A stretch of 64,000 nt of DNA from Minisyncoccota bacterium (GTDB lineage: Bacteria > Patescibacteriota > Minisyncoccia > UBA6257 > GWB1-50-10). The position numbers and the translations under genes were made by a program. Below are positions 38,601 through 48,190 of this stretch, piece after piece (within the stretch, counting starts at the first letter, position 1; each line of letters begins with the position of its first letter). Location: positions 233,625-297,624 of the forward strand of contig JAGVBB010000003.1 in NCBI GenBank assembly GCA_020059915.1, written 5' to 3'. Under the pieces are notes generated by a model that saw only the letters and a list, made by a program, of their open reading frames with translations, searched no databases and was not told where the DNA came from.

Positions 38601-39047
38601 ACCAATACCAACGTTTGTCCCGTTATTAAACAAAAGAGAGGTTGCAACCCAACTCGAACCACTATGACGAAGTGTTTGCCCCGATGTACCACTCGCTATT
38701 CCCCCACCAACCATTGAATCAACATAACTTTTTGTCACTGCGTGCGTTACTCCTGTTGGGGACCCAACAAACACCGGAGAAGAAAAATATCCCTTCCCTG
38801 TTACTTGCAATTTATACGACGGATTGGATGTATATATTCCAATATTTCCCGTGGAATTAATTACAAATAAATCATTTGATCCAAAGATAATATCATTTCC
38901 ACTTCGTTCATTTAATTTCAAAACCGCACCAGTGTTTTCAATTGAAGAAGTATTTTGATCAATAGTGATATATTGTGCGGACACAAACTCCCCCACAAAG
39001 AATGTGAGAATAATTATTATGAAGATGATAAATGATTTATATTTCAT
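35679..39047 (-). CDS. giant secreted modular surface protein 1 (tail-fibre-like repeats, two-Cys tandem repeats, Fn3, ALK/LTK-type glycine-rich domain)
   Basis: Signal peptide, N-terminal NIGIGTTTPAYTLDV / ATKSYADS repeats, about 9 repeats of V.CPTGYT.W...Y.GACY, an Fn3 (YNVYRSTTSGSGYSL), and a C-terminal WGAQGGSGTG...ILVGQQGG...GGGGGTFVV...IIAGGGGGG glycine-rich domain. Confidence 0.8.
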   Translation of the reverse strand: MKYKSFIIFIIIILTFFVGEFVSAQYITIDQNTSSIENTGAVLKLNERSGNDIIFGSNDLFVINSTGNIGIYTSNPSYKLQVTGKGYFSSPVFVGSPTGVTHAVTKSYVDSMVGGGIASGTSGQTLRHSGSSWVATSLLFNNGTNVGIGTTNPTYPFHLYNLAPPSGVLATFETGGSSGSIRLLSTGSSWELVSAGSALHFYNNNTSAYRLTMTNAGNIGIGTTTPAYTLDVVGAGQFDGAVIVGSPTAVGHVATKSYADSSAYSLWNASGSNLYSINTGNVGIGTSTPTAKLDVYGTIKMNGFQLGTSATPGYVLTVDASGNGTWQIYNAQVVALGASDNVMYLRSGSSDPRSFTWQLVNNYSPDTYITCPEGYTKWWSSNAYYSSSESGYVAYTGACYPTSASNDLFKWRSPSPSSVTCPTGYTRWVNTWWDVDPDNSTSKYDGVCYKGTTLPSFSWSAYTASTQTCPTGLTNWYDNSYARWRPAWYEYCVDEPTCSQYDYTYDYWSYSGACYNASATNDVFTWKSYSGATSVTCPTGYTRWVGQYVYSPAGIDQVYSGACYKGNPPSFIWESYTGLGNPTSVVSCPSGFTNWSNTSAVYYNAPISGYQAYTGACINNTNSGVSDTFVYNANAASNSITCPTGYTKYTNQNYTRKRYSSQTTYDSACYKIISSPAPSCPSGWSSAPTSTVTIDGVDVNEQICYRTDAPFQSFTLRAKGANQSLSCPAGWGMATSTQNIGSNTELVCYAASCPNGLSAPSAPTGATATPGALSNTISWTAPTGNSCALAYSYNVYRSTTSGSGYSLLTSNVTSTSYVDSGLSVMAYYYKVSSVNPAGESGLSSEVTATPTNPITVTFNNITTGRTGSLQTFTASTTGSYIIEAWGAQGGSGTGSNSLTGGLGAYVKGTVSLTAGDVIKILVGQQGGSNGGAHGNENGGGGGTFVVKQTGNVPLIIAGGGGGGPATSYGTSCTRTASEGNGQSGTSGVTISCAGTGTGGSAGSGGSSNQSYAGGAGGGFSTNGMDGGTHCATAYGGQSYLNGGAGGTGNSCYTTENYGGYGGGGGGQLGGPGAGGGYSGGGTSASWSGSSTYGGGGGSYNSGTNQTNTAGVRSGHGMVKITY
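36830..38000 (-). repeat. intragenic tandem array of ~135-nt units encoding the two-Cys repeat (CPTGYTxW...GACY)
   Basis: Recurring near-identical DNA words such as ggtatatcctgttgggcaggt at 37425, 37780 and others. Confidence 0.7.
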
Positions 39048-39050
39048 AGT

Positions 39051-42000
39051 TTATTTTATCCACAGCCGTCCATATCCTCTTGACGATGCTGAACCACATC
39101 CATTTACTGGATACGAATCATATCCTGTATATGCCTGATATGGATATTGATAGTGTGGACCATTACATATACCACTTGGATTTCTTCCTCCAACTGCTGG
39201 ACTGTTCCCTGTATACCCCGTACCAACTCCAGAACAGTAATTATCTCCACAAGCAGCTAAACAATCTGGATTTGTTGGATAACTTGCATAGTTGGTCCAA
39301 CTTACCCACCATCCACGTTGCGTTGTATCTCTATCGTATGAGTTCCAAGTCCAGTTTGTACGATCATGGAATGTGGTTGCGTTATATGGCGAACAATAAA
39401 ATCTAAATATTCCCAAACTTCCCGAGGCGGTTCGAATTTGATTTATAACAGTATCAGAAAACTTCCCCTTATCATCTTGCGTCCATGTTGATTTTGTACT
39501 CCACCCACTCTGTTCTGTTGTTTGTCTATGATTTGCATTTGCTGAATCAATTCCTGCAACAAGTGTCCAACCCCCTCCATCGGTGGTCATATCACAATAT
39601 GCTCGAAATGCATCACTTGTTGAACCACCATTTGGATCTATCCAATAAGTACCATCAGTCTTTGATGGGAATGCAGTCTTAATCACCTTGCAAGAAATTC
39701 CAGCAAAAGTCTGTGAGGATCCATCTGGGTCTGAAAGCGGAACAGCACTCACCTCACTACTTTGTGCACTTTCACCACCACTGTTTACTGAAGAAATTTT
39801 GTAATAATATGTCGGATAAGTTCCACTCCCTAAAATCTTAAATTCTATTTCTGCAATTCCACCATTGTTATATCCAGTACCAGAGACCGCCACAAGTTTG
39901 TAATAACGATATGCAGTAGTGTTTGCACTTAAGTCACCAAAATAACTTGGTTGTGCAACTCCACCCGGCGCAGTATATACCGCAGAAATATCAGTCCACG
40001 TTGAATTATTTGTTGATCCTCGCCACTGATAATTTCCCGTTTGTGCACCACCGCCACCCCACGTATATCGAGCCTCTGTAATAGTAATTGCAGAACCAAA
40101 ATCAAATGTTATTGATTGTCCAGAAAATGAAGTTGTTTGGAGATATGCGATAGTCCCCGTATTTCCATCAATCATGTTTGTATTTGGATACCCAGAATAA
40201 CTCCATAAATTATCTGAGAGAAGTGTAATAAGTGATGTTCTATTTCCAATGCTTTGTGTTTGAGTATATGTTGATGTTGCGCTTGTGGTGATTGAAGTAT
40301 CTGAATACGTTGTACCTGCAATACCACTCGTAACAAGTGAGAATCCAGATCCAGAGGTTAAACTTCTATATATATTATATGTTTCTGGTTGCGAGCATAC
40401 TCCTCCACCACTTGGTGCTGTCCAAGAAAGATTTATACTTTGACTGGCTCCGGTAGCGGATGGACTAGTTGGAACATCCGGTGCAGTCATCCCCTCCGAG
40501 CAAGCAAAATAGCAGGCAAGTTCCGTGTTCCCTGCAACGTTGGTTGCGGACATTGCTGGAGCCCACGCAGCACTTGGACAAGAAATAGATTGCGAAGATC
40601 CTTTCTTTGTTATCTGCATTGTTGTCACCGCCGAATCAGTTTTGTAACAAATTTTCTCTTTTACATCATATCCATTGGTAAGTACTGTCTGACAAGTTGT
40701 TTCACTCCATCCAGATGGGCAGGATGGACACACTGTTGCATCAAACGTCTTGTAACAGGTTGCGTCCCATGCTTGGACACTAGATCCTCGTTTGTATGCA
40801 AATTGTCCGCTTTTATATTTTGTATATCCTGTTGGGCAAGTTACCGTGTCCGACGCCACCATCGTCTCAATATTAAATGCATCAGCACCAGTTGCAGTGT
40901 TACTTATACATGCTGCAGTATATGCATCATAACTATTTCCAGTTCTCCATTTTGCATTTGCATCATACCACTTGGTATATCCTGTTGGGCAGGTATTATT
41001 TGCCATATTCCCACCAGTGTATGCATCCCAAATAAATGATGTCGGATTCCCTTTATAACAAACTCCAGAATAATACTGGTTATTTCCTGGACCATATACA
41101 ATGTCACTTGGATACCACTTAGTGTATCCTGTTGGGCAGGTAAGAGAGGTTGGAGAGGTTGATTTCCATGGAAAATAGTCATTTGTTGCACTTGTGTTGT
41201 AACACGCTCCAACATAGCTATAGTATCCAGATCCAGAAGAATACCATTGTGCATTTGAATCAAACCATTTTGTATATCCCGTTGGGCAGGTAAGAGAGGT
41301 TGGCGTTCCAAGTCCTGTGTATGATTCCCAATTAAACGCTGTTGTTGGAGATCCTTTGTAACAAACGCCACTATAGTATGCCTGCGAAGAATAAATACCA
41401 TAACCATAATACGAGGTATTAACCCACCTCGTATATCCTGTTGGACATACTACCGAATTTGGAGATGTCATTGTCTTCCATGAAAAAATATCAGTTGTTG
41501 TATCCGCGTTATAACACGCCCCCTCATACGACACATTTCCCGAAAGGTCCGCATACCAATATGCATAACTCTGATCAAACCATTTTGTATATCCCGTTGG
41601 GCAGGTTACTGACGTGGGACTATTTGTTTCCCATGTAAATGAATTCATAATAAGTGTTATTGGGTTTCTTAATTTCATAACACTCGTTCCATATGCATTC
41701 CCAACATTTGCAATTGACTGCCATGTACCAACACCACTTGCATTTGCAATTAAAATATTTCCTGCAGTTGCGGAGGTACCCAACTGAAATGAGGACATTT
41801 TCACCGTTCCCATAACATCAAGTTTTGCCCCTGGTGAATTTGTTCCAATGCCAATGTTTCCTGATGGAACGGTATATGTGTTAGTACTTGATGACACCCA
41901 CATTGAAACTGCAAGTGCATCAACATATGCCTTGCTCGCCGCATGCCCCGCCGCGGTTGTGGTACTTATAAGAACAGGAGAAGAAAAATTTCCCGTTCCC

Positions 42001-42713
42001 GCAACATGGAGTAAAGACGCAGGAGATTGTGTTCCAATACCAACATTTCCTGCATTTGTTATTGTCGTACGATATTGTGATGTATTGTCATTATAAAATT
42101 GCAGACCGGATCCCGTCGCACCAATTTGCCACGATGATCCTGTTGATCCAATTTTTATAAATGAAGCGGATGTTCCTGTTTGAAAACGAGAAAGCACGGC
42201 AGATGTTCCGCTATATACATGCAGTGGGGCTGTTGGGTTTGTTGTTCCAACACCAATATTTGTTCCATTGTTGTAAAGTGTTGAATCACCAAACCATCCA
42301 GATCCAGTATTTCTTAATGTCTGCCCAGATGTTCCTGAACCAACTCCTCCTGCAATAGTAAAGTCTGCATAGGATTTTGTTGAAATATCAGAAGCGATTT
42401 GCGGTTCTCCAATGGTGAGTGGATTTACAAAATATCCAGCACCCTGCACATGCAATGGGTATTGAGGATTTGTTGTGTTTATACCAATCTTATCCCCTGA
42501 AGTATTTATATATATGATTCCGTCTCCTACTGAAATATCATATGCACTCCGTGCATTCAAATACAATGGTGCATACCACGATTCAACAGAATTACTATCA
42601 ATGGTAACGCTTTGTGCATACACTGATGAAAACGAAAACACAAAACACAACATAAATATGCTCAAAAATAAAATTCTATATGTACTTATATGCGTTTGTA
42701 TGTTCATTTTCAT
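39051..42713 (-). CDS. giant secreted modular surface protein 2 (tail-fibre-like repeats, two-Cys tandem repeats, Fn3, discoidin-like domain, C-terminal fibrinogen-related domain)
   Basis: Likely start MKMNIQTH... (signal peptide); the ORF track start at 42752 overlaps the upstream gene. The C-terminus DGTYWIDPNGGSTSDAFRAYCDMTTDGGGWTLV is a strong FReD signature. The mid-region ITFDFGSAITITEARY...YQWRGSTNNSTWTDIS is discoidin/F5-8C-like. Confidence 0.8.
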   Translation of the reverse strand: MKMNIQTHISTYRILFLSIFMLCFVFSFSSVYAQSVTIDSNSVESWYAPLYLNARSAYDISVGDGIIYINTSGDKIGINTTNPQYPLHVQGAGYFVNPLTIGEPQIASDISTKSYADFTIAGGVGSGTSGQTLRNTGSGWFGDSTLYNNGTNIGVGTTNPTAPLHVYSGTSAVLSRFQTGTSASFIKIGSTGSSWQIGATGSGLQFYNDNTSQYRTTITNAGNVGIGTQSPASLLHVAGTGNFSSPVLISTTTAAGHAASKAYVDALAVSMWVSSSTNTYTVPSGNIGIGTNSPGAKLDVMGTVKMSSFQLGTSATAGNILIANASGVGTWQSIANVGNAYGTSVMKLRNPITLIMNSFTWETNSPTSVTCPTGYTKWFDQSYAYWYADLSGNVSYEGACYNADTTTDIFSWKTMTSPNSVVCPTGYTRWVNTSYYGYGIYSSQAYYSGVCYKGSPTTAFNWESYTGLGTPTSLTCPTGYTKWFDSNAQWYSSGSGYYSYVGACYNTSATNDYFPWKSTSPTSLTCPTGYTKWYPSDIVYGPGNNQYYSGVCYKGNPTSFIWDAYTGGNMANNTCPTGYTKWYDANAKWRTGNSYDAYTAACISNTATGADAFNIETMVASDTVTCPTGYTKYKSGQFAYKRGSSVQAWDATCYKTFDATVCPSCPSGWSETTCQTVLTNGYDVKEKICYKTDSAVTTMQITKKGSSQSISCPSAAWAPAMSATNVAGNTELACYFACSEGMTAPDVPTSPSATGASQSINLSWTAPSGGGVCSQPETYNIYRSLTSGSGFSLVTSGIAGTTYSDTSITTSATSTYTQTQSIGNRTSLITLLSDNLWSYSGYPNTNMIDGNTGTIAYLQTTSFSGQSITFDFGSAITITEARYTWGGGGAQTGNYQWRGSTNNSTWTDISAVYTAPGGVAQPSYFGDLSANTTAYRYYKLVAVSGTGYNNGGIAEIEFKILGSGTYPTYYYKISSVNSGGESAQSSEVSAVPLSDPDGSSQTFAGISCKVIKTAFPSKTDGTYWIDPNGGSTSDAFRAYCDMTTDGGGWTLVAGIDSANANHRQTTEQSGWSTKSTWTQDDKGKFSDTVINQIRTASGSLGIFRFYCSPYNATTFHDRTNWTWNSYDRDTTQRGWWVSWTNYASYPTNPDCLAACGDNYCSGVGTGYTGNSPAVGGRNPSGICNGPHYQYPYQAYTGYDSYPVNGCGSASSRGYGRLWIK
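40500..41630 (-). repeat. intragenic tandem array encoding two-Cys repeats (paralogous to 36830-38000 and 44820-45900)
   Basis: ggtatatcctgttgggcaggt / ggtatatcccgttgggcaggt words at about 40975, 41125, 41275, 41440 and 41590. Confidence 0.7.
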
Positions 42714-42723
42714 AGTTTTTATA

Positions 42724-45700
42724 TTATCTTGTACATGTAATGTTGACCGCATAGTCAGTTGAGTTCTGATTATTACACTCGCTCAAATATCCAGAAGGAG
42801 GTGTTGGTGCAGCAGCACATTGTGTTGGCTGGGAACCAAAACTCCAATTTCCTGATTGTCCATCATACAATGTTACATTTGAAGAGGTACTCCAAGCACA
42901 ATCAATTGCTGTTCCAGAACCAATCGCATATCCATTTGGTTGTGAACCCCAAACACCATTTCCAATACTATGATATGCGGCATAAGAGACGCCGGAATTT
43001 GCTACTGTACATGAAGAATACCCAAGCTGTTGTCTGATCTGCGTCAATACATTGGAATCCCACTCACTATTCATCATACGAGCAATAAGTTTGTGTTGTG
43101 GATTTGACCAACTCGCAAGACGCGTGAATTGTGCATCCACACAAATTTCCTGGTCTCCATTATCAGTGACGCTACTACAATATATTCCATACTCACAAGG
43201 ATTTGATCCATATAAGAGTGGTGGAATTGAATTATATCCTTGCTTGAACAAAGTCAACGCAGGCGCTGCGGGTATTGCACCAAATTCTGCCGTCTGTGTA
43301 CTTTCTCCAAATCCGTTAATCGCAGAAATTTTATAATAGTATGTTGTACCATTGGTGACTCCTGTATCTAAATAATAATTTCCTGTTGATGTTGCATAAA
43401 GTGAAAAACCACTTCCCGACGTTAAGCTTCTAAAAATTTTGAAATAGCTTGGAATTGCTGTACAACTAATACCTCTACTCCATGAAAGAGCAACACTATT
43501 ATTTCCTGCGGTTGATGTTGCGGAAGATGGTACAGCTGGAGCCTGAGAAACTGCACTCGTACATTTTGTAACAACAACCTGTCCCGCACCCGATCTATTC
43601 CCCGCAATATTTGATTGATTTATTCCATCATTATATGATCCACCGCCACCTCCACCATATGTACTTCCCCAACTTCCACCTGCTCCACCACCAGAATATC
43701 CTCCTCCTCCACCGGCAGTAAGTCCACCTGCTCCACCACCGCCAAATCCACCAACATTGCCACCCCATCCGGACCATACGCTTGCTCCATTATCTCCACC
43801 ATATCCTCCATTTAAGAATTTTGAACCACCATAGTCATACCACGCAGAACTTCCACCTCCATCAACATTAGTAGTTCCATCTGTTCTCCATCCCGCTCCT
43901 CCTCCAGAATAATTTGCACGACCGCCACCCATTCCATTTGTTCCTCCAGCACCCCCACCAGATGATTGCCCAGCAGTTCCATTAATAGTTGTCTGTCCAC
44001 CACTTGCTGACCCACCCCCATTTGTACCAGGCGCGCCCCCACCACCACCGGCAACAATAATCGGCAAATTATTTGAATCAACTACAAAGGTTCCCCCTCC
44101 CCCTCCATTTCCTCCATTATATTGGACACCATTGTTTGCCGGGCTACCTTGTTGTCCAACAAGTATTGAAATTACCTCACCCATTCTTAAATACACATCG
44201 CCCTGCATTTTTGCTCCAAAACCACCCGTGTAACTCATTGAACCCCCCTGTGCTCCATACGCAGCTATTGTATAAACCCCAGTTTCAGGAACAGTCCATT
44301 TCTGTGTTCCTGTTGCAACATCAAAAAATGATGAGTTCTCATCCCAGGAAGTTGAGTATGCAGAACGACATGCAGATATCGTTGGACCAGTTCTTCCAGT
44401 TTGTGAACAATTAGTAAATGTATGTGTAGTAAATGAATATAAAACATTCGGTGTCGTGACACTAAATTCATTTGAGGTAGATCCTTCTCCGGCTATATTC
44501 GTACCGGAAACCTTATAATAGTAAGTGGTATTTTGTGTTGTTGTCGCGTCGGTAAAAGTAGTCGCTTCAACTCCTGAGGCAATAAGGGAATACCCACTCC
44601 CTGAGGTAAGGCTTCTATATATATTATAAGTATCTGTTGCAGTACATTCAGTTGCACTTGGTGCTGTCCACGAAAGAGCAACTGAAATACCAGAAAGGCT
44701 TCCCGTAAGTGAGGTTGGTGTTAGTGGTAAAGAAAAACTTGAGCAGGCAACATAACAGGCACGCTCTGTATTTCCATTCACATTTGCTGTTGTACCCGCA
44801 CTTGAAAGTCCTGCGGGACAAGAAATTGATTGGTTTGATCCCTTCTTTTGCACTGTAATTGTTTGGATTGGTCCGCCTTGCTTATAACAAACACGTTCTC
44901 CATAATCGCCAAGTGATCCAGAAACAGTGTTACATGATCCAGCCGTCCATCCAGTTGGACACGACTGACAAGTTGCGGCAGGAATTTTATAACACGCACT
45001 ACTGTACGCTGCTTGACCTGAACCGCGGTAGGTGTAATACGAAGAATTCCCCTGCCATTTTGTATATCCGGATGGACAAGCAACAGCATCGGATCCCGAT
45101 GTGGAAAAATATGGAAATGCATCTGCTGCTGTTGCTGAAGAGTTTACGCAGTATCCATTATATGATTGATATGAACTACTATAGGTATAATATTTTGCAT
45201 ATGTTGTGTCATACCAATTTGTGTATCCAGATGGACAGGTCACAGTAGTTGGTGCGTATCCAGTATAAATCTCCCATGGAAGAGAGGATGGTGATCCCTT
45301 GTAGCAAACTCCAGTGTAATAAGTGACCGACCCTGGACCATATGCATAATTTGTTGGGTACCATTTTGTATATCCAGATGGACAGGTCACTGATGCTGGC
45401 GAGGTAGATTTCCATTTGAATACATCCGTGCTTGCAGATGCGTTATAGCACGACCCCGTATAGTTATAATAACCACCCGTTGATGAATACCATTGTGCAT
45501 TTGCATGATACCAAGCGGTATATCCACTTGGACAAGAAATAAAGGTGGTTGGATCTCCACTTCCCGTGTATGTCTCCCACGTAAACGATGATGGTGACCC
45601 CTTGTAGCAAGCACCATTATACCCATTATAAGTAGAATATATTCCCTTTCCTGGATATGATGCATTTGTCCAAGTAGTGTATCCAGATGGACAGGTCACT

Positions 45701-46923
45701 GATGCCGGAGATGAGTATGCTTTCCAAGTGAAGACATCGTCTATTAAGGAGTTTTGATAACAAGTACCAAAATAAGAAGGGTTTCCACTTTCGTCTCCAT
45801 ACCAGTAGGCGTTACCGTGTGACCACAATGAGTACCCCGTAGGACAGGTAAAATAAGTTGAGATAGCACTTGTACGACTTTCAAAAGCAAATGTTTTGGG
45901 ATCTCCGATTGACGAATGTAAAGTTAAAATGGCACTTCCTGGTTTTGAACCACTGGTACCTGGAAGAACTTGCCACGTTCCGACGCCACTTGCATCCGTA
46001 GTAAGAGCATAACCCGCCGTTGTTGAAGTTCCAATTTGAATTCCTGTTGCGCGAACTTTTCCAACTACCTCAAGTTTTGTTGTTGGGTTAGTAATACCAA
46101 TTCCGACGTTCCCAGAGTTCCCAGAGTATAAAGATGTTGATGTTGCGGTCCACACAGAACCGACCAACGAATCAACATATCCTTTTGTCGCAGCGTTATT
46201 TGCAGCAGTTGGTGTTCCTACAGAAAGTGTAGAAAAACTTCCCGTGCCGGCCACATCAAGCAACGACGATGGCGTTGTTGTACCAATCCCAATATTTCCA
46301 GAGTTTGCCATCGTCATCCGATACTGTAGATTGTTCCTATTATAAAATTGGAGCCCACTTGCTGTCGTCCCAAAATTCCAAGAAGCATCAGACCCAATTA
46401 AGTTTAATGTTCCCGCCGTACTTCCACTTTGGAAATAGGTAACAATATTGCCAGATGGTGCAGAATTATATACATCAAATTTTATTGTTGGACTTATCCC
46501 TATACCAACCGCACCACCATTATTGATAATTAAAGAAGATGCAACCCATCCAGATCCATTATTATGCAATGTCTGGTTTGCACTTCCCGATCCAACACCT
46601 CCACCGAGAATGGAATCAACATATCCTTTTGTGGCAGCATTGCTCGCAGCAGTTGGAGATCCCGCACCAGTGCTTGTGGAAAAAACAGCACTCCCAACCA
46701 CGTGTAACGGATATGTTGGTACAAGGGTTCCAATCCCTATATATCCATTTCCACGAGAAATAAACAAATCACCGTTTCCGATGTTTATGTTATATCCACT
46801 CGTCTTATTGAATCCAAGTCCCGATGCATCACTTTGAATATCGGTGTCGCCAAAAAAAATACTTGCACTTACTACCAATGGAAGTAGACATAAACCTATG
46901 GTTAGTATGAGAAAGCGTTTCAT
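42724..46923 (-). CDS. giant secreted modular surface protein 3 (tail-fibre-like repeats, two-Cys tandem repeats, Fn3, ALK/LTK-type glycine-rich domain, second Fn3, Cys-rich C-terminal domain)
   Basis: Signal peptide MKRFLILTIGLCLLPLVVSAS. Same module order as protein 1, plus an extra C-terminal ~190-aa domain with 8 Cys. First gene of a four-gene minus-strand operon. Confidence 0.8.
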   Translation of the reverse strand: MKRFLILTIGLCLLPLVVSASIFFGDTDIQSDASGLGFNKTSGYNINIGNGDLFISRGNGYIGIGTLVPTYPLHVVGSAVFSTSTGAGSPTAASNAATKGYVDSILGGGVGSGSANQTLHNNGSGWVASSLIINNGGAVGIGISPTIKFDVYNSAPSGNIVTYFQSGSTAGTLNLIGSDASWNFGTTASGLQFYNRNNLQYRMTMANSGNIGIGTTTPSSLLDVAGTGSFSTLSVGTPTAANNAATKGYVDSLVGSVWTATSTSLYSGNSGNVGIGITNPTTKLEVVGKVRATGIQIGTSTTAGYALTTDASGVGTWQVLPGTSGSKPGSAILTLHSSIGDPKTFAFESRTSAISTYFTCPTGYSLWSHGNAYWYGDESGNPSYFGTCYQNSLIDDVFTWKAYSSPASVTCPSGYTTWTNASYPGKGIYSTYNGYNGACYKGSPSSFTWETYTGSGDPTTFISCPSGYTAWYHANAQWYSSTGGYYNYTGSCYNASASTDVFKWKSTSPASVTCPSGYTKWYPTNYAYGPGSVTYYTGVCYKGSPSSLPWEIYTGYAPTTVTCPSGYTNWYDTTYAKYYTYSSSYQSYNGYCVNSSATAADAFPYFSTSGSDAVACPSGYTKWQGNSSYYTYRGSGQAAYSSACYKIPAATCQSCPTGWTAGSCNTVSGSLGDYGERVCYKQGGPIQTITVQKKGSNQSISCPAGLSSAGTTANVNGNTERACYVACSSFSLPLTPTSLTGSLSGISVALSWTAPSATECTATDTYNIYRSLTSGSGYSLIASGVEATTFTDATTTQNTTYYYKVSGTNIAGEGSTSNEFSVTTPNVLYSFTTHTFTNCSQTGRTGPTISACRSAYSTSWDENSSFFDVATGTQKWTVPETGVYTIAAYGAQGGSMSYTGGFGAKMQGDVYLRMGEVISILVGQQGSPANNGVQYNGGNGGGGGTFVVDSNNLPIIVAGGGGGAPGTNGGGSASGGQTTINGTAGQSSGGGAGGTNGMGGGRANYSGGGAGWRTDGTTNVDGGGSSAWYDYGGSKFLNGGYGGDNGASVWSGWGGNVGGFGGGGAGGLTAGGGGGYSGGGAGGSWGSTYGGGGGGSYNDGINQSNIAGNRSGAGQVVVTKCTSAVSQAPAVPSSATSTAGNNSVALSWSRGISCTAIPSYFKIFRSLTSGSGFSLYATSTGNYYLDTGVTNGTTYYYKISAINGFGESTQTAEFGAIPAAPALTLFKQGYNSIPPLLYGSNPCEYGIYCSSVTDNGDQEICVDAQFTRLASWSNPQHKLIARMMNSEWDSNVLTQIRQQLGYSSCTVANSGVSYAAYHSIGNGVWGSQPNGYAIGSGTAIDCAWSTSSNVTLYDGQSGNWSFGSQPTQCAAAPTPPSGYLSECNNQNSTDYAVNITCTR
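44820..45900 (-). repeat. intragenic tandem array encoding two-Cys repeats
   Basis: Repeated tgtatatccagatggacaggtcac-type words. Confidence 0.7.
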
Positions 46924-46983
46924 GTATCCTCTTATATTATTATACTATATCAATTTCCTCCGTGATATAATAAATATAAGAAT

Positions 46984-47475
46984 ATGAACGAGCAGACAAA
47001 AAAAATAAGTATATTCGGTGCTGTAGCTATAATACTTCTTATAGTTCTTGTATATACACTCCCCGAAAATGCCAATGAGCAGAAAAAAACTGCAGAAACA
47101 CAAAAAATGCCAGAGACAATTGTCAGGGATTTTTACAATTGGTATAAAGAACAAACAATCGGTGTTTTGGATGATGGGGAAACAATAGTAAACCTCGCAA
47201 AAGAAAAGGGATTTGTAACACAAGAATTTGCCATATCAGCAATGTTCCATCCCCTTGTTGTGTCAAAAAAAGCAGATGTAATTATTTGTGCATCAAAAAA
47301 AGATAACACAGCTTTTCCTAATATATTTATACCATTCCCAACAGCGAGTTCAACGGAGATAGTAAGAGTTGAGGCGGCATCCCCAATACAAAATCACAAA
47401 ATAAATATTTTATTTAATACAAAAGAGAAAAAAATAATATCAATAACCTGTCCAGTAATTCCAAATCTTGAATAA
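46984..47475 (+). CDS. membrane-anchored hypothetical protein
   Basis: N-terminal TM, 163 aa; divergent from the giant-protein operon. Confidence 0.5.
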   Translation: MNEQTKKISIFGAVAIILLIVLVYTLPENANEQKKTAETQKMPETIVRDFYNWYKEQTIGVLDDGETIVNLAKEKGFVTQEFAISAMFHPLVVSKKADVIICASKKDNTAFPNIFIPFPTASSTEIVRVEAASPIQNHKINILFNTKEKKIISITCPVIPNLE

Positions 47476-47480
47476 AAAAA

Positions 47481-48188
47481 TCAGCTACTAAGCTGATTTT
47501 TTTTAATTAATTCCTCAAATTTATCCCTATATAATTTAGACTCTTTTATGTCTATATCTTTGTAAACCTCTGAAAGCATAAGATAAAAATCTGGGTATGT
47601 TGGGACCTGTGAAATTCCATATTTAAAAACAGAAATTGCTTTTATATTATCCCCTTTTTGGACATGAATTCTACCAAGAAAAGTATATGGCGCAGGACTT
47701 TTAGAATCACTCAATCTAGCTATATCAATCGCTTTATTATAAGACTTAATTGCCTCATCTAGATTGTTCTGATCCTCAGCAAGGCGCCCTTTTTGTATAT
47801 AAAAGTCGAGATCATCAGAAGACACTAAAGAAATATTTTCTAAAGCTTTCTGAGCATTTGCATAGTCTTTTTCTGCCAATGATTTTATAAATTCTTGTTT
47901 ATTGATATCTATTTTTTCCTGAATAGCTATCAACTGTTTTCCTTCTTCAATATCCAAAACAACAGTATTAGTTGTTGAAAGTTTTAATGGAACAGAATTT
48001 TTTTGTAATATCACTTCATTAGCTTTTTGCTTTATTTCTTCATAAGCACGCGCCTCCTCGGAATTAATGATGATTCTCTTTTCAACCGAAAAATTTTCTT
48101 TATTTCGCATAAAAAAGAGAACGGTAAAACTAGCTACAAAGAAAAGAAAAATTATAATTATTAAAATTTTATTTTTATCATTAATCAT
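47481..48188 (-). CDS. membrane-anchored TPR-repeat protein
   Basis: N-terminal TM, then 3-4 TPR-like 34-aa helical repeats (AEKDYANAQKALENI, LDEAIKSYNKAIDIA). Confidence 0.6.
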   Translation of the reverse strand: MINDKNKILIIIIFLFFVASFTVLFFMRNKENFSVEKRIIINSEEARAYEEIKQKANEVILQKNSVPLKLSTTNTVVLDIEEGKQLIAIQEKIDINKQEFIKSLAEKDYANAQKALENISLVSSDDLDFYIQKGRLAEDQNNLDEAIKSYNKAIDIARLSDSKSPAPYTFLGRIHVQKGDNIKAISVFKYGISQVPTYPDFYLMLSEVYKDIDIKESKLYRDKFEELIKKNQLSS

Positions 48189-48190
48189 AA

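Noticed and set aside
43422-44081. Run of minus-strand ORFs rich in Val/Glu/Gln/Met (MEDMVEIMEQAYG..., MIQIICRLLLPVVVG...) in alternative frames of giant gene 3
   Set aside because: These are out-of-frame shadows of the 42724..46923 CDS; the in-frame product has coherent domain architecture and the alternative frames do not.
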